Shown here in pieces: positions 54,294-64,000 of a stretch of 64,000 nucleotides of DNA (position 1 is the first letter of the stretch; each line of letters starts with the position of its first letter). The notes under the pieces were generated by a model, which worked only from the letters and a program-made list of their open reading frames with translations, did not search any database and was not told the origin of the DNA. This DNA is from Octopus vulgaris (taxonomy: Eukaryota): NCBI GenBank assembly GCA_951406725.2, contig OX597831.1, positions 17,484,001 through 17,548,000 of the forward strand, written 5' to 3'. The translations under genes and the position numbers were made by a program.

Positions 54294-55406
54294 GAATATA
54301 AAATATATATTTATGTAATAGATGAACTGATATTCATACTGAATTAGTTTTTCGCTGGAAACAATTAGCAAGGTTGAACAAAAACAACTTTAAATTACAT
54401 AGATAGAATGGTAGGTTTTTTTTTCTAATTAAAAAGGTAAATATAACGCATGATAACAATAGGAGTTTTGCATGGGAAAAATAGACTGGAACGAAAAATG
54501 CGGGTTCTGCATCGTAGGATATTCTTAAGCATTCGACCTTGATAATTACAAGATTATATAATTATATAACCCTGTGAAATTACGCCAAAAGAAGAAAGTA
54601 AACTAAAGATATTTCAGCTGTATTTTGATTTGCGAAAGAAATTCCTGAAATTATTGTGTGAATACTATGTGCAATGTGGTGGGTGTTACTGTTCTAGTCG
54701 TGTTCTCTATTGAGGCTCGGTCTGTCCGCAGATATGTGTATAGCCTCTGTAATCTGTCGAGGTGTCGAGTCTGTTCTATGCGTTGAAAGTACTTTAACCA
54801 CATTTCCGTTCGAGTCATCGGACAGCAGCAAAGCCATGGAGTGATGGGACTTGGATGAGGGGAAATTAACACTGCTGTTAAAATTAATGACACGCACTCA
54901 ATCATACACACACGTACACACAAACACACACACACACAAGACACAAACGCAGGTGAACATAAGGATACACATCTTAGAAGAACACAATAGTATAAGAGGA
55001 GAAAGAAGACGCACGAAAACGAAAAGTGGCCACAGATGTGTGACGAAAACTAAGCGGTCACACATGTGTAACGAAAGATATCAGGACAATAGACAGGAGT
55101 TAAAATAATAAAATAAGAACAGTGAGAAACATGTGGAGAAATATCTATATAGTGAGTGTTTTATTTGGGAAAAGAAATGACCATCTCGAAATAGAACAAT
55201 GTGTATGTTTGAGAGATTGTAAGTAAAAATATCAGTACTGAAGACGAACTGTACCAAGCAGAATATAATAGCAGTACAATCGTTTCGGCTTCGGACTGTG
55301 GGTGTGGTATGATGTAATAACACCAGATGCAACTCACAGTTCTGTAGGCCCTATTCAGGCGATATAACATGCGTTTAAGTTTTACCTTTCGGTTTTGTTT
55401 CCAGCA

Positions 55407-55512
<106 letters not shown>

Positions 55513-57170
55513 CAGTACAGATCCATTTGTTACAGCGAGGAAGATTTGATTATTAGGAAACTAAAAAGATAAATACACAAACTATCAAGCATGAATCAGG
55601 GTGGGGCTGTTTAAATTTGTAATGAAGAACCATTTGATAGTTAAATAAAACGTAAATATTTCTAAGTATATGGTGTATATGGAGGGACAAGAGAATGAAA
55701 ACCTCCAGCGCGTGTAAGCTTTTGAAATATGACTGGGGCAATCAAGGAGAACACCATGGTTAGATTAAGGCAATTAGAATTTGTAGAGCCGTACATTTAC
55801 GCTCATGCACAGACACACACACACGGGTATACTCGCACGCACATACATATGCGCAAACATATATATGCATTTAAGCACACACATAGAGACACACTCACAC
55901 GTGTACATGCACACATAAAGACACACAAAAGTATATATATATATATGTCTCTGTACACACAGACAAACGTGAAAGCTCACGCTCCCACTTCTACACAAAT
56001 ATACACATGGATACAGCCCCGTGCTTGCGAGCTCTCACTCATATACGCTCACATATTCACATATAAGAAAATATTTTTACACCCATCCCGTTGGCAGATA
56101 TACAAACTTAGAATTTCCATCTTAGAGTACAGCAGAAATTTAGGGATCTTACATCTGAACATGATATGCAATATTTCAGCCAAAATGTCTACATTTAGCC
56201 GTATTCTTTAAGGGGGCAAATCGATAGATATAGCGATATTTATATTCACTATCACATAAGCCAATATAGGCCTTCGTATAATACGTATTATTTGTTAGGA
56301 AGGCAGTAACGTTTGCCTCATATATGATAGATTTAGTCATGCATCATTGGTCAATTAGACGTGGTCCTGTAGTGCGACATTTGCAACTAGATTTTAGCTA
56401 TTGCAATTGAGCACATGTAAATATATTCTCTATATTGGGGCACTCTATTATCAGTTAGATTATCACTAAGAAGTATCCTAGACATAGGCAAAGGATATTT
56501 ATTTGATTCACCACCCATATTGCCCGAAATGGAAAACGAACTTAGGTAAAGGATTGTTGTCATTCTTAGACAAACACATTCCAGCAACTCCCAGTGAGAG
56601 AAAATATTTAATTGGTGTCGGGTAACACTATCTGCTGCCACAATATGAAGTCTATCATTACAGGTGGTCAATACCAAGAGCCTGAATCCAGTAGTAATTG
56701 TCGCCACGAATAATCCGGTTCACTTAAACAACAATGTATGATGAAATCTATCGTTTAAGTGGCAGAGGTTAGTGCAACCGTAAATAATAATAATAAAATT
56801 GATAAAAATGCGAAATAAAAGTAACACTTTAACTCTAGTCGAAACAGATGCGTCGTATTTTCCAAATAAATCCTGAAGATGTTTCTGATTTGGTGCTTAT
56901 AATATTTTATTACATATAATGTATGACGCAATGTCCAAGAAGGGGAATAAAGGAATAATAATAATAAAAAAACAGGATCAGGATAGAACATTATGTAGAA
57001 AAAGAAGAAAGAGTTGAATTAAACGGAAAGTTTGGAAATTCGGAAATAATTTTGAACATTGCCATAGAAAAAAATTGAACTTAAATTTTATATATAATTT
57101 TGTGTCAGTGTGTGTGAATGTGTACACGTGTAGAAACTTGTTTCTGTCTATGTATATTCACACTTCTGGT

Positions 57171-57207
<37 letters not shown>

Positions 57208-57274
57208 ATACATATATATATGTACAAATATAAGCAGAAACACGCATACTTACACACATACATAAATACATACG

Positions 57275-57312
<38 letters not shown>

Positions 57313-58410
57313 GGACGGGGTTCCGTTAGCTACCGTCTGCAAAATACCCTCAAAAGGCTTTGGTCGGACAGAGTCTATAGATGTAATTTGCACAAGCTGA
57401 GACTGAACTTCTGTCAGTAGCGCTTTACTAAATGCGTTGTACTAATTCAGATACGGCGAACTTCATCTTGCACGTAGGACTATCTTGCGGAACCACTTAC
57501 ACTTACACATGGGAAGCCCCTTTGTACAAGCATTCAGTTGTAATAACTAGCAACCAGAACTACAAAAGTATATCGAAGAACAACGAAAGCTGATGCTATC
57601 GCAATAGTTCGCCAGCCATAAATTCAAACTGCAAGCATACAGGAGATTCAATGCCAGGTGACACGTCACCCACGCAGAAGATGCGAACATCCAGGTACCG
57701 AAGTCCCCCACCCCCAACCGAAGGCAATTACACCATCACAATTATTATACGGATGGTGGTGCTAAAGCATGTGTACTAATCTATCTTTCCCCGTTACATA
57801 TTGGAAAACTGATAAAAAGAAGCAAAATTGTTATGCATTGTTTTCGTTAGTTATTTGTTACAAGGAATCAGTTAAAAATGATGTTTTAGTGAACAAAATT
57901 AGACTTTGGATTTCTGGAGAAATAATACCTTGTATGGTCACCAAGCTTCATACAATTAAAAAAAGATGATCCCCATGAATCTTCACGATATCCAATACAT
58001 CAAATTAGATAGTATTAAAATTGTATGCAAGCGAAGAAAACGGGGAAAATATGCATGCATAACCTAAGAATAATCTGCCCAAACGCTCAGAAATTGTGTT
58101 CTATAGAAAACCCGAAAATGATCTCCAGTCAGTTGCCTGAAAGTCTCAAGGTCCAGGTCAAATTTCAGGTCCCTATGCTGTCACAGCCTAATCGTATCTG
58201 TCAGATTCATATCAAATATATATATATATATATTGAGAATATTTATGAGCAATAAAGAAGAAACAACAATATCAATTTCCTATGATTTGACAAATATGAA
58301 ATTCACAGTAAATTATTCTAAGTAAGATTCTGATCGTGCCGCATGCAGCGGCGAGGACAGCAGAACAATTGTCTTAAATATACGGAGTGTAACATATGTT
58401 ATTTTATATT

Positions 58411-58478
<68 letters not shown>

Positions 58479-58557
58479 TATATATATATATATATATATA
58501 CATAACCCATCTTGAAGACAGCTTTTTCATGAAAACCGGTGGTGAAGCATTAAATTT

Positions 58558-58597
58558 ATGATGAAAATTGTCGCTTTTATTTTTGTTCTCTTAATTA
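58558..58597 (+). pseudogene. Candidate signal-peptide exon, copy A2 ([14 protein letters not shown])
   Basis: Copy of 9,070-9,109 with donor A|gtaagt. Confidence 0.45.
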
Positions 58598-60089
58598 GTA
58601 AGTATTTTTGTTACTATCTTGCTAATTGATCTGACAATAATTTTCAATATATCTCTGTGTTTCAATCAGTGTAAATAACAAAAATCTAGAGCAGCGTCTA
58701 TTTATCATAATTCCTCTTTGTAAATATATTTCTCTATCGACTTAAACAATTACACTGTGCGATGAAAAAAGTGTTTTCTTGCTATTTAATCATTTTCAAA
58801 AGATTTGGGGCAATGTTAGGGTGCCGGAGTCGTATCTTGCATCAGTTTTCAGACAACATGTGCAGTTGTTTAGTTATTCAAAGCATATTCGATGCGATTG
58901 ACAATATTCACAAAGTATTAGACTATTTGCTTTCGATTTACATTCATATTCTCATTGCTGGAACAAAAAATAAATTCTGATAGAAGAAAATATAGGCTGC
59001 GTCTTAAATTGCCACCCAAGATGAGAATTAATTCATTTTTCTTCGTCATCGCTGTCATTATAGTATTGAAGGCGTTCCGAGTGATACAACAGATCGCTAT
59101 GATGAACCAGGATCTTCAAAAAAGTTTTCTCATTTATTAATTCAACCTAAGTTGAATGATTTAGTCAGACACTCGGGGATAACAAAAAAATGTCAAAAAT
59201 ACTGGAATCCAGTTTGAAACAATCAAACCTTTTACAGGATCGTATATAATGCTAGGCGTTTGGAAATCGACACACAGAATTGAATTTTTTTTTACGAAGA
59301 AAGACGAAATTTGCTTTTGTTGTGATGTTGGAGGACTATTATGTGAGACGGGTTCTGGCTATAATCCTGAAGAATGGTGACACTTAATACAATTTAGCAA
59401 AGTAAGCCTAAGACCTGTTTTTCTGAATAATGGCAATTAAAATCATTCAATACCACTAGTACATGCTGTAAGATTAAATGATACTTATGAATCAATGGTT
59501 AAAATTTCGCTCTTGATTATATATTGTGAACACAAGTGTAATATATGCGGGGCCTTGAAAGTTATTGGTTTGCTTCTTGGGTTGCAAATGGGCTATAAAA
59601 TTCACCCGTGAATTATGTGCCTTTGGAAAAGCGAGAGGAAAATCATCACTTTGTTCCAAAAAATTGGAAAACGTGAAGTGATTTCAATCAGGGAGATACA
59701 ACGTTAAATAAATCCCTTTAGTTGACCCTCATAAAATTAGCCTTCCTCCCTTACACATTTAAGTTGGCTTGTTTAAGAATTTTGCTAAATCTATGAATGA
59801 AGATCGTCCACGATTCAATGCAAGTCTCACGCGATTAGAACCAAAAGATTTAATATGAAAAATATCGCTAAGATTAATTATACACTATTCTCTGTTTCGC
59901 ACGTTATTACAGGCCGCGCTTTGTTCTTCAGCAGAGATTCCCATTTGTAAAGTATATTGCAATCACCACACAATGTCGGGAAAAAGCGTGTCAGTAATGA
60001 AGGAGAAAAACAACTAGTTAGATTAAATCGGTGTCTCCTCTAAGAAATACTGATGTTTTGGAAGAACTTTGGGAACGTCAGTCCAAGGG

Positions 60090-60153
<64 letters not shown>

Positions 60154-60561
60154 TGAAAATATGCAAAAAGAACAAAAGACGTAATGGGTGTATAAAAATT
60201 AAAAAATGTATCATTCTAAGGTTCCGGAAGTGAGAATCATTTACATTTCGAGCTTACGCACTTCGACGGAAAGGAACAAATAAATAAACAGGGAGAGAAA
60301 ATATAATAGGTTCCATGGCTAGCGATTTATCATCGATAATGCCGGACAAAGGAATCACTCCCTCCGTCTTCCCTTTCTATTGGCCTTTCCTCTGTCCTCT
60401 GATTCAGAAGAGCTTTGCTCAAACGTAATGCTATCTTTCTTTCCTTCCCTGAGCCTCTGCTAAAACGTTGCATGTACCTCGCCCTTGGGTTGTTTAGTTT
60501 TCTCTTCCTGTTTTGGGGTGGAATTAATTATGTGTGTTTACACACCCACAAACACACACAC

Positions 60562-60637
<76 letters not shown>

Positions 60638-60710
60638 CATAATCTATCGGTCTGTATATACGTGACAGCGTGCCTATATATGTATGTGTGTGTGCAGATA
60701 TGTATGTGTA

Positions 60711-60772
<62 letters not shown>

Positions 60773-60897
60773 GTATATACTAATGTTAAATATGAGACCT
60801 TCTGTTCTACTTTCTGCTGGCGATTTAAGTTAGACTGACAGTTTAAATTAAAGATCAATGTAAATTTACGATTTAAAACTTTTCTTTGAAAACCTAT

Positions 60898-61114
60898 GTG
60901 TATCAAGTTCCTGCATTATCGGCATGTGTACAGGTTACTCTGGCTTTCGTTGTGGCACCTCCTATAGCGAAAATGCAGGCGTACGTCCTGCCCAGCGGTA
61001 GGTATGAAAAAAGTAAGAAGGTTACCAGCATTGTTGTTGTTGTGTCACCGTCAATCGTCAAATTGTGTTCTATTATAATTTAATATTAGACAATATATAT
61101 ATATAAATATAGGG

Positions 61115-61171
<57 letters not shown>

Positions 61172-62447
61172 ATATATTATATACCCTATGTTTATATATA
61201 TTTTTTTTTATATATACACTAGTGGAAAAATGGAAAAAATTAGAGAAGGAGATATAATTTACAGACGTTTGTATTTCTAACTCATTTTTACCCAATAGAA
61301 TTTTTACTGTTCATTCTAAAAACTGTGTTCATTATTAACAATATCGTTCGTAGGATGTGATTACTAACTAAACAATTTATAATAAAGAAATTATCAATTT
61401 GAGAAATTCATCGTGTACAAAATTACAGACAGTTTGCAGTAAAATTTATAATGAAATATCTGACAACACTCGGACCTTGGTAAACTGATTGACCTAACAA
61501 TACAAAGATTAATATGGTTTAGAAGTGAATATGTAATCATGAAAATACAAAAAAATTTTGAAAGCCTGAGGATGCGATTGGTTACATAGGAAAAAAAAGA
61601 AAGATTGGAATTGTCTGCTATTATTAGTAACATTAAAGTATCACGCTTGTTCTCCCATACTCAAGCATCTAAATATGAGAAACCGAAATTCGAGGTTAAT
61701 CGTTGCCAATGAGCACTAATTTGGACGGATGACAATCTTTATGAAGAAGCATGCTTGATTGTGTCCTTAGAAAAACGGCAAAACCACGGAAAACAGGTGT
61801 TTTGCAGGAAGGTATGAAACGGAGGCTGCCGTTAAGAGACCGTTTTAGAACTGCTGCAGGATGTTTTGTGGTTGTCCATTTGAAAGATGTCGGTTTTCAT
61901 GCCTGTTCCCCCGTCACTCATTAATATGAAGAACCGAAAAGCGAGGTTAAGCTTTGCCAAAGAGATCGTAATTTAGATGGATGACAATTGATTCTGTCAG
62001 TTCCTCAATGACAAATGCAAGATCAGTTTGTTTGTCTCCGGTAATAGGCAGGACATGAGACGGCTGATAAATGAAGGATTGCTCCCTAAATGCCTGAAGA
62101 TATGAGTGAAACATTCAGTTAGGCTTATAATGATATGGTGAATGGTTTCTACGGCAGGTGCTGGGCAATTTACCAGGTCCATACTAATGTGAATGAATCA
62201 TATATTGAATCATCCAACAAATTACGAGACATGAGAATTAAGTCCATTTCGGGATTATTTAGACGCCATTTATTCAACCGATAATGTATATATATATAGA
62301 TACAGAACTGACAGAAATCAATAGACACGCCATAATACATTGTTTAATATTTATTTTCTTATTTTCATGTTTCTAAGGTCATTTTGCTACGCTATATTAA
62401 CAGCTATTCTACAGACACAAATTATTTTAGAATAAAGTGCTATATGA
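60898..62447 (+). pseudogene. Exons 2 (60,898-60,997) and 3 (62,378-62,447) of peptide gene copy A2, disabled
   Basis: The exon 2 acceptor AG is mutated to AT (60,896-60,897). TAT>TAA at 62,433 truncates the tail by 4 aa. Confidence 0.7.
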
Positions 62448-63096
62448 GAAGAATATTATGATGAAAACATGCCAATAAAAACTTGCTGTGGCTTGGAGAA
62501 TGAAAAAGAGGTAGAAAAAGAAATATAATATTATTTGAACTCAAATTAAACGGTATAACGAGACGAATATTTTTGGAGAAACCTCTGTCTAAAAATATTA
62601 AACAAAGACGTATTATGATTTTTTTTACATTCCTATTAATTTTTATTATTCTCTTTAATTCGTACTTATCAAACTTTGTACATATTAATACTGTTTTAAA
62701 CTAATAAAATGGGCACTCATTAAAAATATCAATTATTAAATATTTAATACGATAAAAACATTTAATAAAAACATTTAATAAAAATGATATAAAAATATAT
62801 ATTTTTTGTGGTCTATATGCTGCTATCTACCCTCTATGAATTTTCGGATAGATACAATTTCTAACATTGAAGAAAACATCAAAACATATATAATAGATGG
62901 GATCTTTTTCGGTTATATAGATAAATACATTTAATTATATTATTAGTAGTGTTACATGCATTAAATATGACTTGTCTAAAAAAAAATTCTCATACCTATG
63001 GTATCTGTTATGTTATCATTATAATAATAATAATAATAATAATAATTATAATAATAATAATAATAATAATAATAATGGTATCTTTTATGTTATCAT

Positions 63097-63186
<90 letters not shown>

Positions 63187-63214
63187 TATAATACTTATTA
63201 TTATTATTATTATT

Positions 63215-63380
63215 CAGTAGTTTTATTTTTATAGCGTGCTTTCACTTCACTACCGAGCACAGCTCTGTGTGCCTTGGGTATGTGCTGTGATTTGTTGTGA
63301 TGCTCTGATGGTTATTGTATGGAAAGTGTTCTGCGTAGGATGTGTGCAGTGCCTAGTAGTGCAATTTTCTGTATGTTATA
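63215..63380 (-). mobile_element. Short R4/Dong 3' end, same subfamily as 46,006-46,960, specific to A2
   Basis: The terminus cagtagttttatttttatagcgtgctttcacttcactaccgagc is identical to that at 46,006. The reverse complement reads IQKIALLGTAHILR. Confidence 0.88.
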
Positions 63381-63394
63381 CTGTTATACTGTAG

Positions 63395-63462
<68 letters not shown>

Positions 63463-63565
63463 CATCATTATTATTATTACTATCATTATTATTATTTTTT
63501 ATAATTTTTATATTCATTGCCTGTAATCTAACTGGGAATCATGGTGTTTATAGCTCGCGCGCTCT

Positions 63566-63811
63566 GGGCATATGGCGTAGTGTTTAAATGCGCGGGTTAC
63601 CAACCCCGAAATTCCAAGTTCGATTCAAGGCAGTGACCTTAATAATAAGAATAATTACAACATCGAAAAATAACTCAGGAAGAAGAACCCAGGTCCAAAA
63701 TTACTCGCAAGACACCCGATGAATGCTGGAGGGTATATCAGCCGAAACCTTGTCGTATCCACAAACAAAATGAGGACAAAAATCCGTCAAATATGAATAA
63801 CGTAAATAACT
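63566..63811 (+). mobile_element. tRNA-headed SINE with hammerhead-like tail, A2 copy
   Basis: TGGCGTAGTG A box and intact GTTCGATTC B box; copy of 19,565-19,810. Confidence 0.75.
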
Positions 63812-64000
63812 TAAACAATATAAGTAGAATTTAGACTGAAAAACTTTCCGCTTACGTTAAAATTTGTGAAATAGATTTCTAAATGTATTTTTTTTAGTGA
63901 GAGCAATGAATTTTTCTAAATATATCTTTTGTTTTGTATTGCAAATTTTAAAAATAATTTCGGATAACATATTTGATATAAACATGTCTTTGTATTGAGC

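Noticed and set aside
52662-54371. Many overlapping ORFs up to 234 aa (YVCM/HTYI repeats)
   Set aside because: They are translations of (TATG)n/(CATA)n inside a palindrome and show no coding signal.

Overview
AT-rich, microsatellite-dense eukaryotic DNA. The repeat families and the C2H2 zinc-finger remnant suggest a cephalopod, probably octopus (inference). Most ORF-track entries are microsatellite artefacts. The window is a nested tandem duplication. Unit A1 (1 to ~20.0 kb) is repeated almost identically as A2 (47,559-64,000), and an older paralog B (~40.2-47.8 kb) matches 10.7-20.2 kb. Each of the three units carries small spliced exons that the ORF track misses. Together they encode a ~70-aa precursor: signal peptide, a ~22-aa hypervariable Cys-containing peptide and a GPI-anchor-like tail. 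The A1 copy is intact, A2 is disabled and the first exon of B is uncertain. The rest is transposon-derived: a near full-length R4/Dong LINE plus fragments in (TAA)n tracts, a complete mariner with TIRs and TA target duplication, Tc1/maT relics, Tx1-like 3' ends in (GATA)n, Penelope-like GIY-YIG remnants, tRNA-derived SINEs, three large palindromes, several hammerhead-ribozyme-like motifs and a decayed C2H2 zinc-finger pseudogene.
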